Part shown: one piece after another, positions 55,141 through 64,000 of the stretch
Layout of the letters: each line of letters starts with the position of its first letter
How positions within the stretch are numbered: position 1 is the stretch's first letter
Source: an uncultured bacterium
Lineage (GTDB): Bacteria; T1Sed10-126
DNA: 64,000 nt
Assembly: GCA_964631325.1 (NCBI GenBank)
Contig: CAZVWJ010000003.1
Location: 28,171 to 92,170 of the forward strand
Direction: 5' to 3'
Notes under the pieces: generated by a model
Told to the model about the DNA's origin: nothing
Databases searched by the model: none
What the model saw: the letters and a program-made list of their open reading frames with translations, nothing else
Program-made: the position numbers and the translations under genes

Positions 55141-57435
55141 TTACTTTACTTTGAAAGAATGGGTGGTGGAGTTGCCGGTGTAGTCAACGGCGGTAACCCT
55201 GTGGGAGCCGGGCTCGGGGCGGACAAAGATTGTCTCGGCGGGGTCGAGGGCGCGGACGAACTGGCCGTCCAGGAAGACGTAAACAGGTTCGGCGGGCTGG
55301 CTGGAGGCGACCTTGATGGGGACCCGGGAGCGGGCATCCCGAACGAAGACGGCGCCGTTGTTCGGAGAAATGATATTAAGCTCGGTCCAGCGGGTCTGGT
55401 AGTATTTGCAGTCGGGACTGTGGGGGGGCACCCGGTCCTTCAACATGCCGCGGGCCTTGAGAAAGCGGGTGGTTGCCGGCGGGTAGCGTTCAATCACTTT
55501 AGTCTTATAATCGTGACCCCGGATACAGCCCGAACAAAAGCTCATGCGGCCGTCCGGGGAAACAAATATTTTCTTGTGGACCGAACATTTCCGGGAACTG
55601 GAGACGCCGCGGATGTAGAAAGCTTTCGCCGCGCGGGGACAGACGTGGTTTGGGGGGCGACCGCTGACCGGACAGACCGGCCGCTTCCCTACTCGGTCCG
55701 GGCGGTCAAACCAGGGCCCGGACTTGGCCGGATAGCGAGCCCGAAAAATTTTCTTAACGAGCGGAAAGGCGGTGCGCCGGCCGAGCAAATACCTGGCCGG
55801 ACTGCCGTCAAAATTCCCGGTCCAGACGCCGACCGTTATTTCGGGATTCCAGCCGACGGTCCAGGCGTCCCGGTGGTCGGCGGAAGTGCCGGTCTTGTAG
55901 GCAAAAGGAAAGGCGCCGAAGACGGACTCTTCAACCTTCAAAACCCGGGAAATAAGATAAGGGGCGGCCGCCTTATAGAGTCGTTTTTTTGAGGAATCGT
56001 TTTCGAGGCGAAAATGGGGGGCACGGTGAATTCCCCGGTTGGCAAGTGTAGCATAAGCATTTGTTAACTCCATTAAATTTACGCCGACACCGCCGAGAAC
56101 CAGGCCCAGCCCGTAATACTCGGCCTCGTGGTCCATGTGGTCAAAACCAAGCTTCTCGAGGAACTGCTTGTAGTTGTGGAGCCCGTAGTGGTTGAGCAGG
56201 CGGACGGCGGGAACGTTGAGGGACTGCTTGAGGGCGCGAGCGGCAGAGACCCGGCCGCGAAATTCCCGGTCGTAGTTCTCGGGAGCAAGGCCGATGTAGC
56301 GGGTGGGAACATCAACCAGCATGCGGCGGGGCGTGATGTGGCCGTCGGCGAAGGCCTTCAAATAGAGGAATGGCTTGAGGGCCGAGCCGGGACTGCGGAG
56401 GGCGTAGGGGCCCTGGTTCTGGCCGCCGTGACGATTATCAAAATAGTCCTGGGAACCCAGATAAGCGAGGACCTCGCGGGTCTCGTTAGCGAGGACAACG
56501 ACGGCGAGATTGTGGACTTCGTGAGCTTCCAGCCCTTTTTTATAATCATTAACAATCGCCTTTATTTTTTCCTGGAAAGCAAGGTCAAGAGTGGTCTTCG
56601 TGTGGCCGCTGACGCCGCGCAGGCGGAGCAATTCAGTCAAATGGGGAGCGCGGAAAGGAAGCGGATGGCGGGCGGGACGAACGGAAGCGGCGAGACTCTG
56701 CTGATACTGGCGGCGGTCGAGGAAGCCCTCGGCCCACATACGGCGAAGAACTTCGCGTTGTTTCTTTTTCACCCGGGCGTGGTGGCGGAGAGGATTCAAG
56801 CGGACCGGGTCCTTGGGGATGGCGGTGAGGTAGGCGGCCTGGGCAACGGAAAGATTGTCCGCCGCCTTATCGAAATAAATGCGAGCGGCGGTTTCAATGC
56901 CCTTGATGTTACCGCCAAAAGGAAGGCGGTTGACGTAAGCCTGGAGGATACGGCGCTTGGACCAGCGAAAATCAAGCGCGAGGGCGCGGAGGCTCTCGAC
57001 GAATTTATTGTAAAAAGTGCGGGGCGCGGGATCGACCATGCGGGTAAGCTGCATGGTAATTGTGGAAGCGCCGGACTTGATCTGTCCGGCCTCGAGATTG
57101 GTGAGTGCGGCGCGGACGACGGCCTGGGGGTCGACGCCGTAATGAGAATAAAACCGCTGGTCCTCGGAAGCGACAAGGGCCGCAAGCACGTTGCTGTGGA
57201 CAGCGTCAAGTTTGACGGGGATCAGAAGCTGGTCGTTTTCGTTTAAATAGGAGTGCAGAAGAGCGCCGCCGCGCGAATAGAGGCTCAAGCCGGCCGGCAG
57301 TTCATAGCGGCGGGCGGGCAGTTGAACGGCCCAGAAAAAATAGACACCGGCTGTGCTTAAAAAAAGAGAAAAAACAAGCAACAGATATAAGTAGTGTTGT
57401 TTGAGCCAGAACCAGCTTTGCTTGAGCTTGTGCAT
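55141..57435 (-). CDS. pbpC: Penicillin-binding protein 1C (transglycosylase and transpeptidase)
   Basis: GT51 motifs EDQRFYSH and GASTITMQL. A transpeptidase domain and a C-terminal PbpC domain. Downstream of the alpha-2-macroglobulin gene. Confidence 0.85.
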   Translation of the reverse strand: MHKLKQSWFWLKQHYLYLLLVFSLFLSTAGVYFFWAVQLPARRYELPAGLSLYSRGGALLHSYLNENDQLLIPVKLDAVHSNVLAALVASEDQRFYSHYGVDPQAVVRAALTNLEAGQIKSGASTITMQLTRMVDPAPRTFYNKFVESLRALALDFRWSKRRILQAYVNRLPFGGNIKGIETAARIYFDKAADNLSVAQAAYLTAIPKDPVRLNPLRHHARVKKKQREVLRRMWAEGFLDRRQYQQSLAASVRPARHPLPFRAPHLTELLRLRGVSGHTKTTLDLAFQEKIKAIVNDYKKGLEAHEVHNLAVVVLANETREVLAYLGSQDYFDNRHGGQNQGPYALRSPGSALKPFLYLKAFADGHITPRRMLVDVPTRYIGLAPENYDREFRGRVSAARALKQSLNVPAVRLLNHYGLHNYKQFLEKLGFDHMDHEAEYYGLGLVLGGVGVNLMELTNAYATLANRGIHRAPHFRLENDSSKKRLYKAAAPYLISRVLKVEESVFGAFPFAYKTGTSADHRDAWTVGWNPEITVGVWTGNFDGSPARYLLGRRTAFPLVKKIFRARYPAKSGPWFDRPDRVGKRPVCPVSGRPPNHVCPRAAKAFYIRGVSSSRKCSVHKKIFVSPDGRMSFCSGCIRGHDYKTKVIERYPPATTRFLKARGMLKDRVPPHSPDCKYYQTRWTELNIISPNNGAVFVRDARSRVPIKVASSQPAEPVYVFLDGQFVRALDPAETIFVRPEPGSHRVTAVDYTGNSTTHSFKVK

Positions 57436-57662
57436 AATTTCGACTGTGTAGAGACCCTTAATGTAACAGGTAGTTAAAAAAAGGATCTACAGCAGAATAA
57501 TTTCCTTTCTCGAAGATTAAAGGTAGTTATAAATCTTTTCCACCCTATCCCCGAAAGTGCGTAAGAGTTACCAGCTTTCCCCGGCCTGAAAAAAACAGAA
57601 ATACTCGGAAACTTTGAAAATTTTTCAAGTATTAGAGTATCTGGCAGAGCCCGCGGGGGAGT

Positions 57663-60600
57663 TCAGGGGGTGACCCGGAGGGGGTTTAGTTTCTTGACGG
57701 CCTGGACGTCGGGGTCATACATGCAACCGCCGGACATGGCGGGATTGATGAAATGGCCTTCCGTGGTGGCACGGACCAGGTAGCGGTAACGGACGGTTTT
57801 GGCGGCATCGTTAACGTCGAAGAAGACCGTGAGCCGGTCGTCGCGGACGTCGACGAATTCCGGGTTGAGCGCCTTCTCCTCGAGGGTGGGAACGTCCAGA
57901 TTACTGGTAGCGAGATGCTGGTTTTCGATCTCAAAGCCACCGGGAAGCATGTCCTGGATGTAGTAGTTATCCTTCTCGGCGTGGACGTCGGCCCGCAGTT
58001 CGACCACGTACATCTCCCCCTGCTGAAAATCACGCCGGTTAATTTTCTCACCCTGGAGATTATAGAAATCGTGGGCGAGACTCATCCCCTGCTGAACTTC
58101 GACCTGTTTTTCCTTGCGGGGAATTCCTTTCGAGATGACACTGAGATGGATTTTTCCCTGGCCTTCGCTGGTGACGGAAAACTTTTCGGCGTTACCGTAG
58201 ACGATAAAAGCGGTGTCCCGGTCGGAAGCAAAGGTGAAGGTCTGTTCACCGTCGACAGTGACGGTGCCCGTAAAATCAGCGTCCTCGTTGCGCCGGCGGG
58301 AGAAGTATTTGCCGAGGGCAATCAGGGCTTGGGCGTTGTCGTGGGTTGAGCCCCAGTGGCCGTCCTCCTGCGCTTTTTTCAACAAATCGGCGACCATGGC
58401 GTCGACGGCCGGGAGGTCGGGGTTGGCCTCGAGCAGAGCGTTGAGAACGACGGCTTTAGAAATCACGTTTGACTGGAGAACCCCGCCGGTGGTGCGCTCC
58501 ACTTTCCCGGTGGTCGGGGTCTTGTCGTAGAGGTAGTCGGAGACGGCCTGTTTCTCGCCGGAAAGGACAAGCGCGGCAACGAGGTAATACTTATGGTAAC
58601 CATGCACTTCCTCGAGCAATTTCCTGGCGAGAGCGGTGTTGTCGTAGTCCCCGTGCAGAGCGAGCACGTAGAGCGCATAAGCGCGGAGGCGGTCGCGCCG
58701 GTGGTGAGATTTAAGCAGTTGTTCGAGATAGTGTTTATTTTTACCGAGGAAAGTCTCGGGCACGGGATAGCCGGCCCGTTTTGCGGCAATGAAGAAATGA
58801 CCCGCGTAAACGGTGCCGTACTCGTGGGTTTCGTCGTGGCCGGGCCAGTAAGAAAAACTGCCGTCCGGCAGAGACATGGCCAGCAGGCGTTCGATCCCGG
58901 CGTTAATGTTCTCGTCGATGTCCGCCGCCCGGTCGAGCTCCGGGTTGACCTGTTTCAGCAGTGATTTCAGGTAAAGCTGGGGAAAGACGCTGGAAGTGGT
59001 CTGTTCGATACAGCCATAGGGATAATGGATGAGGTAATCAAGCCCGGAAAGCAGTTTAACGTCGGGCATAGTGGAAACGACCAGCTTGTGGTGGCCGAGC
59101 CCCTCGAAAAAATCAGCGCGGAGCGGAGCGCTGTAGTCGGCGCCGGCCTCGAGCACGTGAAACTGGCTCTCAGTCGTCCGGGGGTAGGCCGGTTTAACGG
59201 GAATTTTGTATTCTTTTTCAACCGAGTGATCAGCCGATTCAAAGCTGAGTTCAAGCGTAGCAATCCCCACCTCGTTGCGGACTTTCATGACAATCTTTCG
59301 ATCTATCCGCCCGTTTGGTTCGAGCACGAAACTGCGGGTGGACCAGGCCTGATCGAGGAAATGGTTGGACTGGACAGAAATTTTCCCCTGCAACCGGCGG
59401 GCGAGATTATTCATTACAGTAAGCGGCAGACTGAAGGTGTCTCCCGGGGAAAGCGTGCGGGGCTGAACGGTGCGCAGGATGACCGGTTCCTTGACCCGTT
59501 TCTTGGCCTGACCCTGGCCGACCCGGTGAGCGCTGACCGCCCAGGCCCGGAAGTTCAATTGACCGCTGTAGCGGGGGACCCGGTAGTCGACGGTAACTTC
59601 CCCATCCGTGGTCTCCAGGTGCGGATACCAACTGCTGATCGCCTTGAACTGTTCGACTTCAAACGGCTGTTTCTTGCGGGCCGCCTGCATGGCGGCGCCG
59701 GAGGGGGTGAGCTTGGTGCGCACTTCCGTGTCGGGTTCGCCGCGCACGTAGTCGTAGAGGTCAATGTTTTCGACAAAATAACCGCGTTTCCTATAAAAAT
59801 AATCGTAGGGTTGTTTGAACTGTTCCTTGGCCAGTTGAATTATCCCCTGGTCAACGACAGAGAGAGCGACTTCGCCGGCAACCGGCTGGCCGTCCGGGGT
59901 AGTAACTTCAATCCGCACCGGTTCAGTCGCCCCCGGCGTCATTTTTTCAGGTAAGTTAACGTCAACCCGGGCGAGACGGTCGGGGGCGATAACTTTTACC
60001 GGGGTGACGGCGAGGGAACGGTAGGCGTCGAACCGGGCCGACTCCGTGCCGCGCAGGACAAGGGCGGTGAGATAAGTGTTGGGAACGAGGGAACGCTCGA
60101 GATCAACGGAGAAAGTGGCCTTGCGGTCGGTAACCTTAACTTTCTTGAGGAGGCGGATATCATCGTCCTCGAGGACGATATAGGCGGTCCCGTCAAACGG
60201 CGCCTTGAGCTTAACGCGGGCCGTTTCGCCGGCGTAATAGCGGGATTTAGCGAGGGAAAGCTCGGAGCGATCAAAGTCAATCTTGCGGCCCGGACCGCTC
60301 GCCTTCCACCAGTAACCGGTGGAAAAACTATAAGAAGTGCGACTACCGGAGGCGGGATCGCGGACTTCGAGCACGTGGTCGCCCCAGTCGCTGACCCGGT
60401 AATTTAACTGGGCGCGGCCGTTGTGGGGGTGGAGCTTCTGCTTGTAGACGAGGACCTCTTCTTTCTGCCAGTCATAGCTGGTGCGGCCGCGGTGATCGCG
60501 CCGCAGGGTATAATTCCAGTCCTCGCGGTAAACGCGGGCAACCAGGATATCCGCACTGACGGTATCGCCGCCGGGAGCGACGGTGACAATATCAAACGGA

Positions 60601-63230
60601 ACCGGCTTTCCATAAGGAACCCGCCCGGGATTTTTGACGGTTGACTTGAGACCGATGTAAAAAGGATAAGGATGGACGACGGTCGAGGCCCGACCGGAAA
60701 CCCCCCGCGAGCCCATGTCAAAAACAGTGCCGGTGAAGGCGAGTTCGAGCGCCGCCGGGGGCTGGAGGTTTTCGGGGACACCAACCGTGTAGGTCTGGGT
60801 ACCGCCGGCGCTCAGTTTCTTCTCCGCCAGTTGTTGATACATTTTCTTGAACTGGACGCGGGGATCACCAAACTCGTAGTCAGGGTAATCAGTCGGATTG
60901 AAGGCGCGTGGATAGAGCGTATAGGAGGCCTGGAGACGATTATTAGCCGCCGGTTTTCCGAAGAGGAAACGGCCCTCGACGGTAAACCGAGTTGAATCAC
61001 CGGTGCGCACCTGTGTGGCGGTGGGGCGGACGGTTGTTTCGATACGATCGGGAACAAACTCCTCGAGCTGAAACTGTTCCCGGCCGACCTGTTTGGTTTC
61101 ATCGGACTCCCCGGGCAGATTGACGGAAACCGTATAAAAACCGGTCTTATCGTCGTTCCAACTGCGGTAGTTAACCGAAGCAATTCCCAGTTCGTTGGCC
61201 CGCAGGTCGCGATTGAGGACCTCTTCCCCGTCGGGACCGGTAATGGTTACGTTGAACGGCAGGTTGGGAACAAGCTCGAGGTCCGGGCCGCGAGCGAGGA
61301 GATTCAGTTTGACCGTGGAACCGGGGCGATAGATTTCCCGTTCCCCGTAGACATAGGCCTCGATATCGCCGGCTTCGGTGTATTTGTCGCCGTCAACGTC
61401 AAATCCGACCGTGGGCACTTCGCCCCGGCCGAGGTGCAGATAATTGACATCGCGCCCCTTCTCGGCAACGACCACGGTGGGCTTCTGCCGGTCAAAAGAA
61501 ACCTGCTCAAACCGGAGAAAACCGTGCTCGTTAGTCCGGCCGCGGGCCAGCACCTGGTTGGCCCGGCTGTACAGCTTGACCGTGGCATTGGCGACGGGTG
61601 AACCATCGGCGAGCGAAGTGACCAGGACAACGACTTCATTCTCATACCGTTTGAAGGAGATGCCGAGGTCACTGAGAATAATTAGCTCATTTTTCGTGCG
61701 GTAGGAGTGGGGGTGATCAATTTTTAACAATTTCGGTCCATGCATCTCCCCGGCAAACAGATCGTGCAGATCAACGTGCGAGGTGCGGACCTTATTTTCC
61801 TCCCCGCTCAGCTCATATTTTGCTTCTTTCACCTTCTCAAACAGGTGGTAATCGCGGGTGGAATACCGGTAATGGTTGGCAAAGAAAATCAGGTTGTTGT
61901 CGTAGATGTCGTAGGCCGTGATGTGTACTTTGTCGGTATTAACGTGTTCGAGGGGAAGAACCTGCTCACCGTGAAAGCTCTGGAAATGCCCCGTGTTTTT
62001 AACCTTTAAATAGGGATCGGCGTCGGGGATGCGGACCGATTCTTCCTCCGTTTCGGTTAATTTAAAGACGCCCGAACTCAGGCCTTTAGCGAGTTTAATT
62101 TTATAGCGTTTGCCGAACTTAAAGTAGTCGGTGATTATTTTAATCTCGTCGTAGGAGCTCTTGGCCAGCCGGAAGTCGAGGGAAGTGTCATTATCGATTG
62201 TGATGTATTTTTTCATGGAGACAACACTTTCGATCTGGCGGTTGAAATCAATCTCGATGTAGGGCTTGCCCTCGTGGGAACGGCCCCGGGCGTAGGAAAC
62301 CCGCAGTTCCCCGAACTTATAACTCTCCGAGACGGAGTGTTGAAGCGGATAGTTCCCTTTCGCCGTCTTGAGTCCCTTGTGAATATTGAAGTATATTTTC
62401 TCGCCAAACAGGTCCGGATGAGAAATGGAAACCAGGTGACGGCGGGCCTCGATTCCCGGGTTGTGCAGTTTATAGGGGATAGTTTCGCCGGTTTTGAATT
62501 CCACGGTCAGGTGGCTGTCAAAATCGGCGGCCTGGACCGGAGCGTTAAACTCGACCTCGAAGTCAAAGCCTTCCTTCTGCTTGCCCCGGAAATCAACGTC
62601 GTGCACCTCAAGCGGCCGGTAAATAAACTGCATATCACGGCCGGAAGCGCGGACCAGTTTTCGGCCTTCGACGTCGCGGACCGGGGTGTCGGCAAGCATA
62701 AATTTAACCCGGGTGCCCGGGGGAATCCCTTTTTCCGTGGTAATTTCCAGTTGCTTGTTGGAAGTCCAGCGGTAGCGCGGGGCGAAATCCGGCTTCATTT
62801 CCAGCGGAAAGTCGCGGAAGCGCTCGTTCAAGCGGTCTTTCTTGACCATCGGCCGGTTGAACGAAATATATATTTCATCGAGGTCGTCGACAGTGCCGCG
62901 GGGACTGAAGCGAGTAATTTGCGGCCGGCGGGCGGAAGCTGATTCTGACCGTTCAAGATTCTTTTTAGCTTCTCTTGATAAGTCTTCCAAGCTGACTGAA
63001 CTACTATATATTCCAGCACCTACGGCAGCAAGGATAAGCAAGCCAAACAAAAAAGTAATAAAAAGTTTAAATCGGAGGGAAGGAGTGGTTATTTTCTCCA
63101 GCTTTTCCTCGGACAATCCTGTTTTTTCCAGCTCCGTGCGAGAGGGCCCAACGAGTAGTTCATAAAGAAGAGCAAATAGACTATTCAACCAGCCAATTAT
63201 TTTTTCACCAAATAATTTTAAAGTTTTCAC
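57663..63230 (-). CDS. yfhM: Bacterial alpha-2-macroglobulin (YfhM-like) with an intact thioester
   Basis: 1855 aa, an N-terminal membrane anchor and MG domains. The thioester motif GCIEQ is present (LIHYPYGCIEQTTSS). Confidence 0.85.
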   Translation of the reverse strand: MKTLKLFGEKIIGWLNSLFALLYELLVGPSRTELEKTGLSEEKLEKITTPSLRFKLFITFLFGLLILAAVGAGIYSSSVSLEDLSREAKKNLERSESASARRPQITRFSPRGTVDDLDEIYISFNRPMVKKDRLNERFRDFPLEMKPDFAPRYRWTSNKQLEITTEKGIPPGTRVKFMLADTPVRDVEGRKLVRASGRDMQFIYRPLEVHDVDFRGKQKEGFDFEVEFNAPVQAADFDSHLTVEFKTGETIPYKLHNPGIEARRHLVSISHPDLFGEKIYFNIHKGLKTAKGNYPLQHSVSESYKFGELRVSYARGRSHEGKPYIEIDFNRQIESVVSMKKYITIDNDTSLDFRLAKSSYDEIKIITDYFKFGKRYKIKLAKGLSSGVFKLTETEEESVRIPDADPYLKVKNTGHFQSFHGEQVLPLEHVNTDKVHITAYDIYDNNLIFFANHYRYSTRDYHLFEKVKEAKYELSGEENKVRTSHVDLHDLFAGEMHGPKLLKIDHPHSYRTKNELIILSDLGISFKRYENEVVVLVTSLADGSPVANATVKLYSRANQVLARGRTNEHGFLRFEQVSFDRQKPTVVVAEKGRDVNYLHLGRGEVPTVGFDVDGDKYTEAGDIEAYVYGEREIYRPGSTVKLNLLARGPDLELVPNLPFNVTITGPDGEEVLNRDLRANELGIASVNYRSWNDDKTGFYTVSVNLPGESDETKQVGREQFQLEEFVPDRIETTVRPTATQVRTGDSTRFTVEGRFLFGKPAANNRLQASYTLYPRAFNPTDYPDYEFGDPRVQFKKMYQQLAEKKLSAGGTQTYTVGVPENLQPPAALELAFTGTVFDMGSRGVSGRASTVVHPYPFYIGLKSTVKNPGRVPYGKPVPFDIVTVAPGGDTVSADILVARVYREDWNYTLRRDHRGRTSYDWQKEEVLVYKQKLHPHNGRAQLNYRVSDWGDHVLEVRDPASGSRTSYSFSTGYWWKASGPGRKIDFDRSELSLAKSRYYAGETARVKLKAPFDGTAYIVLEDDDIRLLKKVKVTDRKATFSVDLERSLVPNTYLTALVLRGTESARFDAYRSLAVTPVKVIAPDRLARVDVNLPEKMTPGATEPVRIEVTTPDGQPVAGEVALSVVDQGIIQLAKEQFKQPYDYFYRKRGYFVENIDLYDYVRGEPDTEVRTKLTPSGAAMQAARKKQPFEVEQFKAISSWYPHLETTDGEVTVDYRVPRYSGQLNFRAWAVSAHRVGQGQAKKRVKEPVILRTVQPRTLSPGDTFSLPLTVMNNLARRLQGKISVQSNHFLDQAWSTRSFVLEPNGRIDRKIVMKVRNEVGIATLELSFESADHSVEKEYKIPVKPAYPRTTESQFHVLEAGADYSAPLRADFFEGLGHHKLVVSTMPDVKLLSGLDYLIHYPYGCIEQTTSSVFPQLYLKSLLKQVNPELDRAADIDENINAGIERLLAMSLPDGSFSYWPGHDETHEYGTVYAGHFFIAAKRAGYPVPETFLGKNKHYLEQLLKSHHRRDRLRAYALYVLALHGDYDNTALARKLLEEVHGYHKYYLVAALVLSGEKQAVSDYLYDKTPTTGKVERTTGGVLQSNVISKAVVLNALLEANPDLPAVDAMVADLLKKAQEDGHWGSTHDNAQALIALGKYFSRRRNEDADFTGTVTVDGEQTFTFASDRDTAFIVYGNAEKFSVTSEGQGKIHLSVISKGIPRKEKQVEVQQGMSLAHDFYNLQGEKINRRDFQQGEMYVVELRADVHAEKDNYYIQDMLPGGFEIENQHLATSNLDVPTLEEKALNPEFVDVRDDRLTVFFDVNDAAKTVRYRYLVRATTEGHFINPAMSGGCMYDPDVQAVKKLNPLRVTP

Positions 63231-63541
63231 AAAATTAAAATCGAAAATTGTAATAACCTCCAGTCGAATTCAAATGAATAAATACTGGTTAATAACAGAT
63301 AGATCAAAATCAAAACAAATTTTCTACCTGAATGTAAAATTTATCATACCCAGTTGTTTTTGTCACAACCGAAGCAAAATTAGCTCGTTAATCAATTAAC
63401 GCTTCTGGTATCTGTTTCATCCGTAGAAGCTCCCGTGAAAAGAAAGCAAAGTGCTTTAAAATCAAGCAAGTAATAGATAAAGTATTAGGCAATTAAATCC
63501 TTTTTTAGTAGTTTATTCTAATTTTAAACAGGGTGATAGTT

Positions 63542-64000
63542 ATGTGCATGGGTCATAATCACGACTTAGAGAGGGCTTTTAATTTTTACGCCGGACCGGC
63601 AGTTCTACCGGAGCCAGTTCTAAAAAGAGTTAAAAATGAATTTTTAAACTTCAAGGATATGAATATTTCGGTTCTTGAGGTCAGTCATCGATCAGACGAA
63701 TGGGAAGAAACTGTAGCCAGCTGTGAACAAAAAATACGAGATATTTTATCAATTCCCGATAATTATCAGGTGCTTTTTTTACAGGGCGGAGCAAGCACTC
63801 AGTTTGGAATGATTCCAATGAACATCGGCCGGGTAGGCGGCCCCGTTCAACTGGTTCATACCGGGCGCTGGTCTCAGAAAAAAATCAATGAACTGGAAAT
63901 CCAGGATATTGATTACGAAGTAGTAGCCAGCAGTGAAAATACCGGATACGACCGGGTCCCGGAATTTCAGTCCTCAATGGTCGATTCCGACGCTGCATAT
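63542..64000 (+). CDS. serC: Phosphoserine aminotransferase. The 3' end runs past the window.
   Basis: FNFYAGPAVLPEPVL and VLFLQGGASTQF. Confidence 0.8.
   Translation, partial: MCMGHNHDLERAFNFYAGPAVLPEPVLKRVKNEFLNFKDMNISVLEVSHRSDEWEETVASCEQKIRDILSIPDNYQVLFLQGGASTQFGMIPMNIGRVGGPVQLVHTGRWSQKKINELEIQDIDYEVVASSENTGYDRVPEFQSSMVDSDAAY

Noticed and set aside
55159-57246. Long plus-strand ORFs of 277 aa and 372 aa
   Set aside because: They are antisense to pbpC in a GC-rich region. They are Gly/Ala/Val-rich with no start context.
57753-62942. Multiple plus-strand and minus-strand ORFs within the alpha-2-macroglobulin gene
   Set aside because: They are shadow ORFs of a 5.5-kb GC-rich CDS, with Pro/Arg/Ser-rich translations.
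1-64000. CRISPR arrays and rRNA genes
   Set aside because: No regularly spaced direct repeats and no rRNA-like conserved segments were seen. The repeats found are dispersed single copies.

Overview
This is a chromosomal window from a diderm, apparently anaerobic bacterium of roughly 50% GC. Outer-membrane genes (Mla, TolC, beta-barrels) support the diderm reading. The anaerobic reading comes from desulfoferrodoxin, rubrerythrin and ferredoxin genes. Housekeeping content includes ybaB-dnaX with a long-form SRP RNA upstream (the ffs-dnaX-ybaB arrangement typical of Firmicutes), tRNA-Arg, pfkA, a mlaEFDC operon, two RND/MMPL efflux clusters, htrA, rnhA, pncA-pncB, a yfhM(alpha-2-macroglobulin)-pbpC pair, and a partial serC at the 3' edge. 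Six things stand out:

1. An AT-rich island of about 5 kb (49.0-54.3 kb) carries two DNA methyltransferases flanking a 621-aa putative restriction endonuclease (Type IIS-like), plus a phage Gp37/Gp68 gene remnant, with repeat copies at both edges.
2. A co-oriented cluster of secreted or lipoproteins lies directly downstream of the Mla operon: an LpoB/FlgO-like lipoprotein, a large lipoprotein, a VWA protein, two LPP20/FlgP-family lipoproteins, an unknown secreted protein and MltC. It is proposed as an uncharacterised envelope assembly.
3. Three families of intergenic repeats were found. One is a G-rich hairpin family that includes two ~96%-identical 110-bp copies 36 kb apart. One is a CAATTG-palindrome repeat. 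One is a MITE-like element with terminal inverted repeats (TIRs) flanked by an 11-bp direct repeat (putative target-site duplication, TSD) and a nested insertion.
4. A 56-aa 2x[4Fe-4S] ferredoxin gene is missing from the ORF track.
5. A radical-SAM protein has an unusual CX4CX2C motif.
6. There are several candidate regulatory palindromes and a candidate structured leader RNA.

No CRISPR array or rRNA was found.
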